A stretch of DNA of 64,000 nucleotides from Negativicutes bacterium (GCA_963665275.2 CAXXIN010000019.1:169444-233443); one strand, 5' to 3'. Counted from the first letter of the stretch, positions 29,201-40,789 are shown. Translations and numbers: made by a program. The notes: generated by a model from the letters alone, not told the origin.

Positions 29201-32200
29201 GTCGCCGCTGCCGCCGATGGCGTTTTCGAAATCAGCGTAGGTCGCTGTCAAGTCGAGATTGAGCGCCGTGGTCTGCGCCGACGCATTCAGGGTATCGTTG
29301 CCGCTGCCGCCGGAGATCACCGCGTCAGCCGCATCATAGATCACTGCATCGTTACCGTCTCCGCCGTAGAGGCTATCGACGCCTCCCCGGCCATTCAGCG
29401 TGTCGTCACCGATGCCGCCGGTCAAAACGTTGGCCAGTGTGTTCCCGCTCACGATGTCGTTGCCGCTGCCGCCGATGGCATTTTCCATATCACTGAGGGG
29501 TTCCATATCCAGCGTCACGCCCGCGGTCTTCGCCGACGCATCCCACGTATCGGTTCCGTCGCCGCCGAACACAGCCCAATCAACATCATAATAGATCAGG
29601 GTATCGTCGCCGTCGCCGCCAAAGAGTCGATCCAGTCCCTTCGCCACCGTCCAGCGTGTCGTTGCCGGCTCCGCCCATGAGAATATTGACGAGGCTGTTC
29701 CCCTGCAGCGAATCATTACCGCTGCCAGTCGTGGCGTTTTCGATGTCGTCGTGACCCACCAGACTCAGCGTCACAGCAGTGGTCTGCGCCGAAGCATCCC
29801 ACAGATCCGTTCCATCCCCGCCGGATACTGTTGTATCCGCCGCATCATAGACCAGCACATCGTTGCCGTCCCCGCCATTGAGCACATCCGCTCCCGCGCC
29901 CCCGTCCATCGTGTCGTTGCCGGTTCCTCCATTGAGGGTATCGTTGCCGGTTCCACCATAGAGCGTGTCGTTGCCGGACCCGCCGGTGAGGATGTTGTCG
30001 GTGCTGTTTCCCGTGAGGGTGTCGTCGCCGCTGCCGCCGATGGCGTTTTCGAAATCAGCGAAGGCCGTTGTCAGGTTCAGATTGAGCGCCGTGGTCTGCG
30101 CCGATGCATCCAGGGTGTCGTTGCCGCTGCCACCGGAGATCACCGCGTCAGCCGCATCATAGATCACTGCATCGTTCCCGGCGCCGCCGTAGAGACTGTC
30201 CACGCCATCCCGGCCGTTCAGGGTGTCGTTAGCGTCGCCGCCGGTCAGAACGTTGTTCAGGCTGTTCCCGCTCAGAATATCGTTGCCGCTGCCACCAATA
30301 GCGTTTTCCATGTCACCGAGGGGATCCATATCCAAGGTCACCGCCGTGGTCTTCGCCGAAGCATCCCAGGTGTCGGTTCCATCCCCGCCGGACACGATTG
30401 CATCGGCGTCATAATAGATCAGGGTATCGTCCCCGTCGCCGCCATAGAGCCGATCCGCGCCGACGCCGCCGTCCAGTGTGTCGTTGCCGGCCATGCCATT
30501 CAGAGTATCCATCCCGGCGCCGCCGAGCAGAACATTGTTCAGGGCGTTCCCGCTGAGCAGGTCGTCACCGCTGCCGCCTGTCGCGTTTTCCATGTCGCCG
30601 AGACTATCCAGGTACAGACTCACGTTCGTTGTATACGCCGACGCATCCCACAGGTCCGTTCCATCTCCGCCGGACACGATTGGATCCGCGTCATAGATCA
30701 GCACGTCGTCCCCGTCTCCGCCATAGAGCTTATCTGTTCCCGCTCCCCCGTCCAGCGTGTCGTTCCCCGCCCCGCCATTGAGCGTATCCAACCCCGCGTC
30801 GCCATTCAGTATGTCGTTGCCTGCTCCGCCGGAGAGAATGTTGTCGAGACTGCTCCCTGTGAGCGTATCGTTGCCGCTGCCACCCGTGATATTTTCGAGG
30901 TCGACGTAGGTTCCCGCCAAGGTCAGGTTCACGGCCACTGTCTGTGCCGACGCATCCAGCGTATCGGTTCCCGCTCCGCCTTTCACCACCGTATCGGCAG
31001 CGTCGTAAATTAGCACATCGTTGCCGATACTGCCATAGAGTTCATCTGCTCCCGCTCCGCCGTCCAGCGTGTCGTTGCCATCCCGGCCATCAAGCGTATC
31101 GTTGCCTGCTCCACCATATAGACTATTGTCACCGCTGTTTCCATAGAGGTTGTCTTTCCCACTGCCGCCCTTGGCGTTCTCAACGTCGTTCAGCCCCAAA
31201 ATAGCCAGATCCAGTGTCACAGCCGCGGTCTGCGCCGACGCATCCCACGTGTCGATTCCATTTCCTCCATATACTCCCGTATCTGTTGCTTCATAGATCA
31301 ACACATCATTGCCGTCGCCACCATAGATGCGATTAGGGCCTGCACCGCCATCCAGCGTATCGTCGCCGGCTCCGCCATCCAAAACATTTTCCGCGCTGCT
31401 CGCGTTGCCGATTAAATAATCATTGCCACTGCCACCTGTGGCATTTTCGACATCGGTATGACTCCTCAGATCCATCGTGACTCCCGTGGTCTGAGTCCTC
31501 GCATCCCAGGTGTCGTTGCCCGCTCCGCCAGATACCACTGTGTCAGCCGCATCATAGATCAATACGTCGTCATCTTCGCCGCCATAGAGATCATCCGTTC
31601 CGGCTCCACCGTTCAGCGTGTCGTTACCGGCCAATCCGTTCAGGGTATCGTCGCCTGCGCCGCCGGTGAGCGAGTCGTTCCCGGCTGTTCCCGTGTAAGT
31701 TGTTCCCGCGCCGAAGGATACGGTCGCAACCCCATCGGTCGCCTGCAGGGTTCCCATCTGGTAGCCGCTGCCCAGATTCCAGTCTTTCAGCGTCAGACTG
31801 CCGCTCGATCCTGTGATCGTGATGACCAGGTCGTTGCCGCTCAGCGCGCAATTCAGTTCCGCCTTGGTTGCGTCGCTAAACAGGACAGTATCGAGGTTGC
31901 TCGCAGCATCACTTGCGACAATATCATTTCCCTGACCCTTGAAGTACACATATTGATCAGTTCCTGCACCGCCACTGAGCATGTCGTTGCCGACTCCACC
32001 AGTCAGGGTGTCATTTCCGTCGCCGCCACTGAGCGTATCATCGCCACTACCGCCATCAAGCGAATTGTTCACGCTGTTGCCGGTGATGCTATTGGCCAGG
32101 CTGTTGCCGGTCCCGTTGATCGCGCCCGTTCCCGTCAGCGTCAGGTTTTCCACGTTGGCCCCGAGGGTATAGGTGACGGACGATTGCACCGTATCAGTCC

Positions 32201-33314
32201 CCTCGCCGGCATTCTCCACCACCGCATCTCCTGCTGCGTCCACAATATAGAGATCGTCGCCCGCGCCGCCCAGCATCGAGTCATTGCCGGCCCCACCGGT
32301 CAGGGTGTCATTGCCGGCCAGACCGTAGAGCGTATCATCGCCGCTGCCGCCGTCGATTGAATTACCCAGACTATTGCCGGTGATGCTATTGGCCAAGCTG
32401 TTTCCTGTCCCGTTGATCGCGCCGGTTCCCGTCAGCGTCAGGTTTTCCACGTTGGCCCCGAGGGTATAGGTGACGGACGATTGCACCGTATCGGTCCCCT
32501 CGCCGGCATTCTCCACCACCGCATCTCCTGCTGCGTCTACGACATAGAGATCGTCGCCCGCGCCGCCGAGGAGCGAGTCATTGCCGGCCCCACCGCTCAG
32601 GGTGTCATTGCCGCCCAGACCGTAGAGCGTATCATTTCTGGTTCCACCAATCAACATATCATCACCTGAGGTTCCTGTTAACGTCAAATTCAATACGTCG
32701 TCAGTCCAGCCATGACTGTATCCAAATTCAATGTATTGCGTAATTGCTGCAGCCCTGTCAGTACCGAGTTCTGGGTAGTTCGCCAAATACTGGTCTACAT
32801 CAAAGCTTATCGTTCGTCCTTCCGAGTAGCCATTAGTAATATAGTGTGCGGCCGCCGCCGTCTGGTTCGTCCCGAAGGCCGCCATCAGATCCCCGTACGA
32901 CGCCGTATACTCCAGTGCGTTGAAGGTTACCGTTCTCCCCTCCGAATGCCCATTTGCGATGTAGTGCGCCGCCGCCGCCGTCTGGTTGGTCCCAAAAGCC
33001 GCCATCAAATCGCCGTATGATGCAATATATTCGAGTGCATTGAAAGTTACCGTTCGCCCTTCCGCATGCCCAGTGGTGATATAGTGCTCTGCTGCCGCCG
33101 TCTGGTTCGTCCCAAAGGCCGCCATCAAATCGCCATATGATGCAATATATTCGAGTGGATTGAAGCTAACCGTTCGCCCTTCCAAATAGCCAGTAGTACT
33201 ATAGTGCCTTGTCGCCGCCGCCGTATCGGTCCCGAACGCCGCCATCAGATCCTCGTACGATGCAATATAATTCAGTGCGTCAAAATTTTGGAGTGAGCTT
33301 TCCAGTGTAGCCAT
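26270..33314 (-). CDS. Large RTX (Ca-binding) T1SS substrate 1, about 2347 aa if intact; split by a +1 frameshift near 29637
   Basis: ORFs 29586-33332 and 26270-29716 join; dozens of GGxGxD nonapeptides; start ATG 33314 after GGGAGG; repeat copy at 27711 has CC where 29637 has CCC. Confidence 0.88.
26650..30775. repeat. About 2.1 tandem copies of a 1920-bp (640 aa) unit within RTX gene 1
   Basis: Lines 26701-27660 recur verbatim at +1920 (28621-29580); third partial copy at a further +1924. Confidence 0.92.
32040..32635. repeat. 297-bp (99 aa) tandem duplication in RTX gene 1
   Basis: '[37 protein letters not shown]' twice; DNA offset 32131 vs 32428. Confidence 0.88.
32705..33290 (-). repeat. 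120-bp (40 aa) 'YIASYGDL' repeats x5, N-terminus of RTX 1
   Basis: F(D/N)[35 protein letters not shown]; 120-bp period (33001/33121). Confidence 0.9.
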
Positions 33315-33389
33315 TCGATTCAATCCTCCCATTTTTTAGTTCACAGTACAGTATTCACGTGACTAAAACCCATCTAACAATTCTGTTAA

Positions 33390-33468
33390 ACAAGGCGGGT
33401 GGACTCACTATTCGCTCCACACAGGACAAGTGACCGAATACATCCTGCGTTTCATTGCTCCACTTCTT
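33390..33468 (-). ncRNA. c-di-GMP-II-like riboswitch in 5' UTR of RTX gene 1
   Basis: GGAGCAATGA-AACGCAGGA-TGTATT-CGGTCACTTG-TCCTGTG-TGGAGCGAAT-AGTG.., class II layout with CACT/AGTG pseudoknot; paralog at 45705 with compensatory changes. Confidence 0.78.
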
Positions 33469-33740
33469 TCGGAAAAGGGCAACGCATTGAAAATGATTCA
33501 ACAACTTATCTTAATTATAATGTCGCCAATTTTTTCACGGCACCGTGCGCCCTTATAATGTTTTGCTAATTATTTTACTAATTCTTATAATTTCTGATAA
33601 AAGCAAACTAACACTAAGTGGAATCACAACTAATTTCCAACTTCAAAGTTGCTGCCACGATTCAATGGCGTGTCAGCGCGCGGCGGAAAAAAGATCATAC
33701 TCCAACTGTGCCAATCTGCATTTCACTGCAAGCGCACCAT

Positions 33741-33768
33741 AAAAAAACGTCCGATGCAATATCGGACG
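33741..33768 (-). terminator. Intrinsic terminator of the T1SS/GT4 operon
   Basis: CGTCCGAT..ATCGGACG stem with T7 tail on minus strand. Confidence 0.75.
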
Positions 33769-33804
33769 CGCGAATTATTCCATTAAATTCCCAATTGTGA
33801 TTTT

Positions 33805-35022
33805 CTATTGTCGGGCGGCAAGCCTGCGCAGCAAGCCGATATGTATCGGCAGCAATTTTTGCAGCGCGTAGCGATCCAGGATGGTCTGCCGGGCCCTGAT
33901 GCGAAGTTCCTTATAATCGTCCGGTCTGGCAAGCACCTCAACCACCCGTCCGGCAATTTTTTCCGGGGAGAAGAAATCGATGTGCAGACCGTTGACGCCA
34001 TCAGAGATTACCTCGTTCACCGGCGCAGTATTGGATGCCACTACCAGAGCGCCTGCCGCCATCGCCTCGAGCATCGACCAGGAAAGTACGAACGGGTAAG
34101 TTAGGTAGACATGAGCCGAAGAAGCCTGCAGAACTTTGAGATAATCAGGCTTGGGCAAAAGCCCGGTGAAATGAACCCGCGACAGATCCAGCGGCACTTT
34201 TTCCAGCATGGCCTGTTTGAACGTCTGTCCACCTGGCAAACTTCGCCCATAGGCAACCCGGTCCGCGCCGACGATCACAACATGACATTCCGGCCGTTCC
34301 TCTATGATCAGCCGCACGGCTTCGATGAACTGGGGAAATCCCCGATAATCCTCCATCCCCCTCGCGACATAGGTGACAATCTCCCGGACATTCGACAGAT
34401 CCAGACCGATTTGCGGCAAAACCAGTTTGATTCCGGGCTCCGGTTTGATAATTCCGGTGTCGACACCATCGTGAATGACGCTGATCTTTGGCTGATATTC
34501 CAGCGGAAACTGCCGGTGCTGCCAATAAGTCGGACTGACGCCCCAGTCGCAGCTGTCTAAGTCCAGCAGGATCGGCGCGTTTTTCACGCGGATTTTCAAT
34601 TCCCCGTCAGGGCTCAGAGGATTGGTCGGATCAAAATCTGCATCCGTCCCGTGGGCATGATAAAACCACTCGAACAGACAGATCAGTTTGCTCTGGGGGA
34701 AAACATCCTTCACAAAGGTCGGCAGCCCCCATCCCGAGTGCCCGTAGACCACATCCGGGATAAACCCCTGCTGCTTGAGCTTGCTCAGTTCCCGATAAAC
34801 AGCCTGTCCCTGCAGGATCGCATTTTCAAACCCCTGCAGGTAGCCATGCGTTTGTTTGCTTACCTCGCGCGGAGTTTTATAAATGATTTTCCGGACACCT
34901 GCAATGCTTCCTTCCTCGCGATTGGTGATGAACACCACTTCATTTTCAGGGCTATGTGCCAGATAGGAAGCCAGATGAACAAACTGCGCCGGAAAGTTGG
35001 AATGGAGAAAAACAATGCGCAT
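33805..35022 (-). CDS. Glycosyltransferase family 4 with DUF3495-type N-terminus, last gene of T1SS operon
   Basis: 'LHSNFPAQF', 'GHSGWG', 'HVYLTYPFVLSWSMLEAMA'. Confidence 0.88.
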   Translation of the reverse strand: MRIVFLHSNFPAQFVHLASYLAHSPENEVVFITNREEGSIAGVRKIIYKTPREVSKQTHGYLQGFENAILQGQAVYRELSKLKQQGFIPDVVYGHSGWGLPTFVKDVFPQSKLICLFEWFYHAHGTDADFDPTNPLSPDGELKIRVKNAPILLDLDSCDWGVSPTYWQHRQFPLEYQPKISVIHDGVDTGIIKPEPGIKLVLPQIGLDLSNVREIVTYVARGMEDYRGFPQFIEAVRLIIEERPECHVVIVGADRVAYGRSLPGGQTFKQAMLEKVPLDLSRVHFTGLLPKPDYLKVLQASSAHVYLTYPFVLSWSMLEAMAAGALVVASNTAPVNEVISDGVNGLHIDFFSPEKIAGRVVEVLARPDDYKELRIRARQTILDRYALQKLLPIHIGLLRRLAARQ

Positions 35023-35034
35023 CCGTTCTCTCCC

Positions 35035-36414
35035 TTACCTTTCCCTGAGCCCTTCGCTCTGGTATTTGCGGAAGGGGTCGAGGAAAAATTCGATGATGCG
35101 TTTTTCCCGGGTCTTGATCTCGGCGGACACTGTCATGCCCGGTCCCAAATAGACCTTCTGGTCGCCGACGTTCACATAGTCGCGGTCCAGCTGAAGGGTC
35201 GCGCGGTATACGCGGCCTTTGTCCTTGTCATCGATGGCATCGGCGCTGATTTCAACGACCTGTGCGTCGATATAGCCGTATTTCTGGAAATTAAACGTTT
35301 CGATTTTGACCTGCGCCGGCTGGCCTCTGTAAATAAAGCCGATATCCTGGTTGGCTACCCACGCTTCGACTTCCAGCTTCACATCATTGGGCACGATGAC
35401 CATCAGCGGCTGAGCCTCGGTCACCACCCCGCCGATGGTATGCATGGCCAGTTGGGTCACTCGACCGTCGATCGGCGAAGTCAAGCGCGCCAGCCGGTTC
35501 TTCTCGTCCGCCTTTTTCAGGTCTTCCATTCCCGCCTGCAGCAGTTTGCGGTCATCCACCAGTTTCGTCGTGATGTCGCGGTTCCGTTCCGCGATCACGC
35601 TTTGCATAGCCTCCTGGCTTTGGGCTAGAGCAGCTTGGGCCCGCATGATTTCACCTTCCTGGGCCATCAGGTTTTGCTCCAGCTCGATTCGTCTCCCCCG
35701 GTAGTCCAGTACCGTAAACTGGGAGATGGCATTCTGCGCCAATAGGGTCTCCAGGCGTGCTTCCCTGTCCTTGGCGATCTCATAGAGGGCTGCATATTTG
35801 TCGCGGTTGATGCGGGCCACGTTCACGGCGACCACGCTCTGGCTGACGTTGTGCCGGGCAGTGAGGATCTTGCTGTTGAACTCGGCGGTGCGACTCGCAT
35901 AGAGCCCCCGTTGGAAGGATAGGTCCTTTTCATCGATGTCTGGATTGTTCCCCGGTTTAAAGGGCGTATTGTTCATCTCCGCCAGCAACCGATCGATATC
36001 CAGGCTGTAATAAGCGATTTCCTTCTTAATCCGGGCCAGGTCGGCGCCGGAGAAGGTCTGGTCCAACTCAATCAGCAGATCGCCTTTTTTGACGGTCTGT
36101 CCGTCTTTGACGTGGATGGATTTCACGACACCTTTACTTTCCGGCTGGATGACCTTCACGAATCCGCTGGGGATGATTTTGCCTGGAGCCACGGCGACTT
36201 CATCCACGTGACCGAAGACCGACCACAAAAAGGCGATGCCAATGATCGAGACGATCGTCCAGACCAGGTAGCGAATCGTCGGCGACACCGGATTTTCGGT
36301 AATCTCCAGGATCGCTGGCAGGAATTCGGTCTCTTCGCGCGCCAGGGTCTCCTTGCGCTTTTGTTTCAGCTTCTGCCATTTGGCCATGATTTTTGCTTTA
36401 AGTTCCATCATCAT
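35035..36414 (-). CDS. hlyD: T1SS membrane fusion protein (HlyD family)
   Basis: 'EFLPAILEI', TM, 'VKDGQTVKKGDLL', 'DIGFI', 'PGMTVSAEIKT'. Confidence 0.93.
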   Translation of the reverse strand: MMMELKAKIMAKWQKLKQKRKETLAREETEFLPAILEITENPVSPTIRYLVWTIVSIIGIAFLWSVFGHVDEVAVAPGKIIPSGFVKVIQPESKGVVKSIHVKDGQTVKKGDLLIELDQTFSGADLARIKKEIAYYSLDIDRLLAEMNNTPFKPGNNPDIDEKDLSFQRGLYASRTAEFNSKILTARHNVSQSVVAVNVARINRDKYAALYEIAKDREARLETLLAQNAISQFTVLDYRGRRIELEQNLMAQEGEIMRAQAALAQSQEAMQSVIAERNRDITTKLVDDRKLLQAGMEDLKKADEKNRLARLTSPIDGRVTQLAMHTIGGVVTEAQPLMVIVPNDVKLEVEAWVANQDIGFIYRGQPAQVKIETFNFQKYGYIDAQVVEISADAIDDKDKGRVYRATLQLDRDYVNVGDQKVYLGPGMTVSAEIKTREKRIIEFFLDPFRKYQSEGLRER

Positions 36415-38549
36415 CCCTCTTGTTGACTATACAGATTTTGATAAATGCCTTTCTGCGCCAGCAATTCCCGATGGTTTCCCTGTTCGGCCAGACGGCCCCG
36501 GTCGATGACCAGGATGGTATCGCATTGCTCAACAGTGGACAGGCGATGGGCGATAATAATGACGGTGCGGCCCGCGCAGATCGTATCCAGATTGTCCATG
36601 ATGATTCGTTCCGACTCATAGTCGAGGGCGCTGGTGGCTTCGTCGAAAATCAGGATGCGCGGATTGGTCAAGAGGGCCCGGGCGATGGCGATGCGCTGCC
36701 GCTGACCGCCGGACAGACTGGAGCCGCGTTCCCCGACATTCGTATCGTACCCCTCCGGCAGTTCGCCGATGAACTCGTCGGCGCCCGCCATCCGAGCCGC
36801 CTCGAGGATCTCTTCCCCTGTCGCGTCAGGACGGGCCGTGGCAATGTTGTCACGCACGCTGCCGGAGAAAAGGAAGCTCTCCTGCAAGACGAACCCGATC
36901 TGCCGCCTGAGCCAGGCCGGCTCCACCTGGGCCACATCGACCCCGTCGATGAAGACCTGTCCGGTCTCCGCCACATAGAGGCGCTGGATCAGTTTGATGA
37001 TCGTGCTCTTGCCGGAACCGGACCGGCCGACAATGCCGACACGCATCCCCGGGTTGATCTTGAACGAAAGTTCCCGCAGAACTTCGGGACCATCCAGCCG
37101 GTAGCGGAAGCCGACGTTGTCGAAGGTAATTTCACCGGCGATCGCGGAGAGCGTCGTCCGGTTGGGATCGAAAGCCGGTTCAGCCGGTACGTTCAGGATA
37201 TCGCCCAGACGGTCGATCGATAGCTGAGCCTGCTGGAACGACTGCCAGATATTGACGAGCCGCAGCACCGGCCGCGTGACCTGACCGGCCAGCATGTTGA
37301 AGGCCACCAGTTCGCCGACCGTCATTTTGCCCTCCATCACCAGATTGGCGCCCAGCCAGAGGATGCCGAGAGTGGTCATCAAGGTGACCATCTGACCGAT
37401 GCTGCCGAACAGGTTCGCCATATTGTTGGTGTCAAAGGACATTTTCACATAACGGGACAGGCTTTGCTCCCACTTCTGGTAAAACTGGTTTTCTAAAGCG
37501 AGTGACTTGAGCGTCTGAATGCCGGTGACCGATTCGATGAGGAACGAGTAGTTCTCGGCATAGGCCGAAAACCGGACATTGAGCTGGCGCTTAAAGATGG
37601 GGGTAAACAGGAAAGTCAACAGGACCAGAACCGGCAACGACGCCACAACGATGAAGGAAAGGGTGAAATTGTAATAAAACATGGCGGCGATATAAACGAA
37701 GGTGAAGAAGGTATCCAGCACGAGTGTAAGGCCGGTACCGGTGATGAAACTGCGGATATTCTCCAGTTCCCGGACTCTGGCCACCGTATCGCCTACCTGC
37801 CGTTCCTCGAAGAACCGCAGCGGCAAAGCGGATATGTGGCGATATAGCCGGGCGCCGAGGATGACATCGATCTTATTGGCGGTATGCACGAACAGATAGC
37901 CTCGCAGATAGGTGATGAGAGTCTGGAAGATATAGACGAACAGCATCCCGAACACCAGGACATCGAGGGTCGACGTCCCACGATGGATGAGCACCCTGTC
38001 GATGATGATCTGAAAGAACACCGGCGTGAACAGTCCGAACAGCTGGATGGCGAAGGAAGACAGGATGACCTCCGAGAATGCGCGGCGGAAACGCCAGAAA
38101 ACCGGCAGGAACCAGGTCAGGTTGAACTGTTTGGACAACTCCCCGCCCAGCGTATTGCTGGTCATACGGCGAGCAACGAGAATCAGTTCCCCACTCCATA
38201 CAGCCAGAAACTTTTCCAGGGTTACGGAGAAGGGACGGCTTTTGTAGGGATCGATCAGGGTGACGGCATTTTCATGGGTGCGGCCGACAACAACGCAGTT
38301 GCCGTTGGTCAGGATCGCGATGGCCGGAATCGGCAACTTGGCGAAGCGTTCCGCATCCGGTCGGATCAGTCTCGCTTTCAGCCCCAGGTCCTGGGCAGCC
38401 CGCAGCAGTGTGACGCTGTCCATACCGCCGCCGCCGAGAGCGTAGGCGCGGCGCAGCTGCTGCTCGTCAGCGGGGATGCCAAGAATTTTGGCCACCGTGA
38501 CGAGGCAGATGAGTGCAGTATCCAGTTTAGCGGCGGATTGCGTTTCCAA
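36411..38549 (-). CDS. T1SS ABC transporter (HlyB family, inactive C39-like domain)
   Basis: 'GRSGSGKST', 'LSGGQRQRIAIAR', 'DEATSALD'; N-term 'DTALICL' lacks catalytic Cys. Confidence 0.93.
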   Translation of the reverse strand: METQSAAKLDTALICLVTVAKILGIPADEQQLRRAYALGGGGMDSVTLLRAAQDLGLKARLIRPDAERFAKLPIPAIAILTNGNCVVVGRTHENAVTLIDPYKSRPFSVTLEKFLAVWSGELILVARRMTSNTLGGELSKQFNLTWFLPVFWRFRRAFSEVILSSFAIQLFGLFTPVFFQIIIDRVLIHRGTSTLDVLVFGMLFVYIFQTLITYLRGYLFVHTANKIDVILGARLYRHISALPLRFFEERQVGDTVARVRELENIRSFITGTGLTLVLDTFFTFVYIAAMFYYNFTLSFIVVASLPVLVLLTFLFTPIFKRQLNVRFSAYAENYSFLIESVTGIQTLKSLALENQFYQKWEQSLSRYVKMSFDTNNMANLFGSIGQMVTLMTTLGILWLGANLVMEGKMTVGELVAFNMLAGQVTRPVLRLVNIWQSFQQAQLSIDRLGDILNVPAEPAFDPNRTTLSAIAGEITFDNVGFRYRLDGPEVLRELSFKINPGMRVGIVGRSGSGKSTIIKLIQRLYVAETGQVFIDGVDVAQVEPAWLRRQIGFVLQESFLFSGSVRDNIATARPDATGEEILEAARMAGADEFIGELPEGYDTNVGERGSSLSGGQRQRIAIARALLTNPRILIFDEATSALDYESERIIMDNLDTICAGRTVIIIAHRLSTVEQCDTILVIDRGRLAEQGNHRELLAQKGIYQNLYSQQEG

Positions 38550-38569
38550 AATCGCAGACTCCTTATGAT

Positions 38570-40789
38570 TCAGCTTCCGGCTGCTTCCGTTGATTTGCTG
38601 CGGCTCTGCTGGTGGTACAAGTGATAGTACATGCCCTGGCGGGCCATGAGGTCAGTGTGGCTGCCTTGCTCGATCAAGCGGCCGCGGTCAATGACCAAGA
38701 GCGATTCACAGGGCCGAACGGTGGAAAGCCGGTGGGCAATGATGATGACCGTCCGGCCTACACAGATCTTGTCGAGGTTTTTCATGATGATTCGTTCGGA
38801 TTCATAGTCCAGGGCGCTGGTGGCTTCATCGAAGATGAGAATCCGCGGATTGGTCATCAGTGCGCGGGCGATGGCGATCCGTTGTTTCTGTCCGCCGGAC
38901 AACGAGGCGCCGCGTTCGCCGACGTTGGTGTCATAGCCTTCGGCCAGTTCCGCGATGAAGTCGTGCGCGCCAGCGGTGCGGGCGGCGGCGATGACTTCGT
39001 CCATCCGGGCGCTGGGTGCGGCGATGGCGATATTTTCTCTGACACTGCCGTTGAACAGGAAATTTTCCTGCATGACAATGCCAATCTGTTGGCGAATCCA
39101 AGTGGGGTCGACCTGGGAGAGATCCAGCCCGTCCAGCAGCACTTTGCCGCCTTCGGGAATGTATAGGCGCTGGATAAGTTTGCTGATCGTGCTTTTGCCT
39201 GAACCGGAGCGACCGACGATGCCGATGCGTTGTCCGGGCAGCATCTCAAAACTCATATCTTGAATGACCAGTGGCGATTCGGGACGATAGCGGAAGTTCA
39301 CCTGCTCGAGGCGGATAGCCCCCTTGAGGGCCGCATGCTTGGCGGTGCCCGGCCGGACGGTCGGTTCGGGCGGCGAGTTAAGAATGTCGCCGATCATGGC
39401 GACCGAAAGGCGGGCCTGTTGGTAGGACTGCCACTGATTGGCGAGGTTCGTCACCGAACTGATGGCCTGTCCTGACAGCATGTTGAAGGCGATGAACTGG
39501 CCGACTGTCATTTCGCCGCCGATCACGAGGCGCGCTCCGACCCATAGGATGCTCAAATTGGACAGCAGACTCACGATATTGCTGAGACTGCCGAACAGAT
39601 TCCCCAGGTTCGAGGTCTGGAAAGATATTTTCACATATCTGGCGATCGTTTCTTCCCACTTCTTGTTGAACTGCGGCTCCAGCGCCAGCGATTTGACGGT
39701 CTGGATGCCAGTCAGGGATTCGACGAGGAAACTGTAGTTCTCCATATAGGCGGCGAAGCGCGCCTTAAATTGTTCCCGCATGATCGGCGTAAAATAAGCC
39801 CCGATGCCGATAAAAAGAGGCAAGGCAGCGATCACCACCCAGGTGAGAAGGGGGCTGTAAAAAAACATGACCGCGAAGAACACAATTCCGAAAAACGTGT
39901 CCATCAATACGGTCAAGCTGGTTCCGGTCAAAAAACCCCGGATATTTTCAAGTTCGCGCAGCCGGGTAACGGTGTCGCCCACACGGCGCATCTCAAAATA
40001 GCGCAACGGCAACAGACAAAGCTGGCGATAAAGTCTGGCGCCGAGGATGGCGTCCACTTTGTTGGTGGTATGGTTGAACAGGTAGGTGCGCAGATAGCTC
40101 ATCAGGCTCTGGAAAAAATAAGCAAAGAAGATCACCAGGATCAAAATGTTGAGCGTGGACATCCCCCGATGCGGCAGCACCTTGTCGATGATGACCTGCA
40201 TGAACATCGGGGTGATCAGACCGAATACCTGCAGCAGGAAGGCCAGCAGAATGACCTGATAGAAGGTGCGCCGGTACTGCCAAAACACAGGTCCGAACCA
40301 GCCCAGGTTGAATTCCTGGCCCAGTTTTTTGAAACTGAACGGACGGGAGATCTCCACGACCGTCCCGACCCATATTTCCGCGAACCGTTCTGTCGTCGCC
40401 ACCTCCGGCTTACCTACAGCGGGGTCAAGGAGCAGGAACTTGTTGCCTTCACAGCGGAGGATCACGACATAACTGCCGTTCTGGCAGACAGCGATCGACG
40501 GCAGCTTGATATCACAGATCTTGTCGATATCCGGGCGGATCAGGCGGGACTTCAGTTTCAGATTTTTCGCGCCCTGGCGAATGGCTTCGATCCCCAGCGT
40601 AATGTTGTTCACTATGAGCTGTTGACGCAATACTTCTTCTTCGGCAGGAATCCCGAGGATACGGGCAGCAAAAACCAGACAGGCCAGCGCAGGATCGCGC
40701 GGAGCTGCCTCTGCGGCGCTATTGTTATTCACTCCTGAATGGACTGCATCGTCACGGGATTTGCTTTGATCATTCACGTCCAGCGTCAT
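38570..40789 (-). CDS. Second T1SS ABC transporter (HlyB family, inactive C39-like domain)
   Basis: 'GRSGSGKST', 'LSGGQKQRIAIAR', 'DEATSALD'; N-term 'DPALACL'. Confidence 0.93.
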   Translation of the reverse strand: MTLDVNDQSKSRDDAVHSGVNNNSAAEAAPRDPALACLVFAARILGIPAEEEVLRQQLIVNNITLGIEAIRQGAKNLKLKSRLIRPDIDKICDIKLPSIAVCQNGSYVVILRCEGNKFLLLDPAVGKPEVATTERFAEIWVGTVVEISRPFSFKKLGQEFNLGWFGPVFWQYRRTFYQVILLAFLLQVFGLITPMFMQVIIDKVLPHRGMSTLNILILVIFFAYFFQSLMSYLRTYLFNHTTNKVDAILGARLYRQLCLLPLRYFEMRRVGDTVTRLRELENIRGFLTGTSLTVLMDTFFGIVFFAVMFFYSPLLTWVVIAALPLFIGIGAYFTPIMREQFKARFAAYMENYSFLVESLTGIQTVKSLALEPQFNKKWEETIARYVKISFQTSNLGNLFGSLSNIVSLLSNLSILWVGARLVIGGEMTVGQFIAFNMLSGQAISSVTNLANQWQSYQQARLSVAMIGDILNSPPEPTVRPGTAKHAALKGAIRLEQVNFRYRPESPLVIQDMSFEMLPGQRIGIVGRSGSGKSTISKLIQRLYIPEGGKVLLDGLDLSQVDPTWIRQQIGIVMQENFLFNGSVRENIAIAAPSARMDEVIAAARTAGAHDFIAELAEGYDTNVGERGASLSGGQKQRIAIARALMTNPRILIFDEATSALDYESERIIMKNLDKICVGRTVIIIAHRLSTVRPCESLLVIDRGRLIEQGSHTDLMARQGMYYHLYHQQSRSKSTEAAGS

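Noticed and set aside
36411-40789. Bacteriocin peptidase-containing exporters
   Set aside because: C39 catalytic Cys/His are absent and the neighbouring substrates are RTX proteins.
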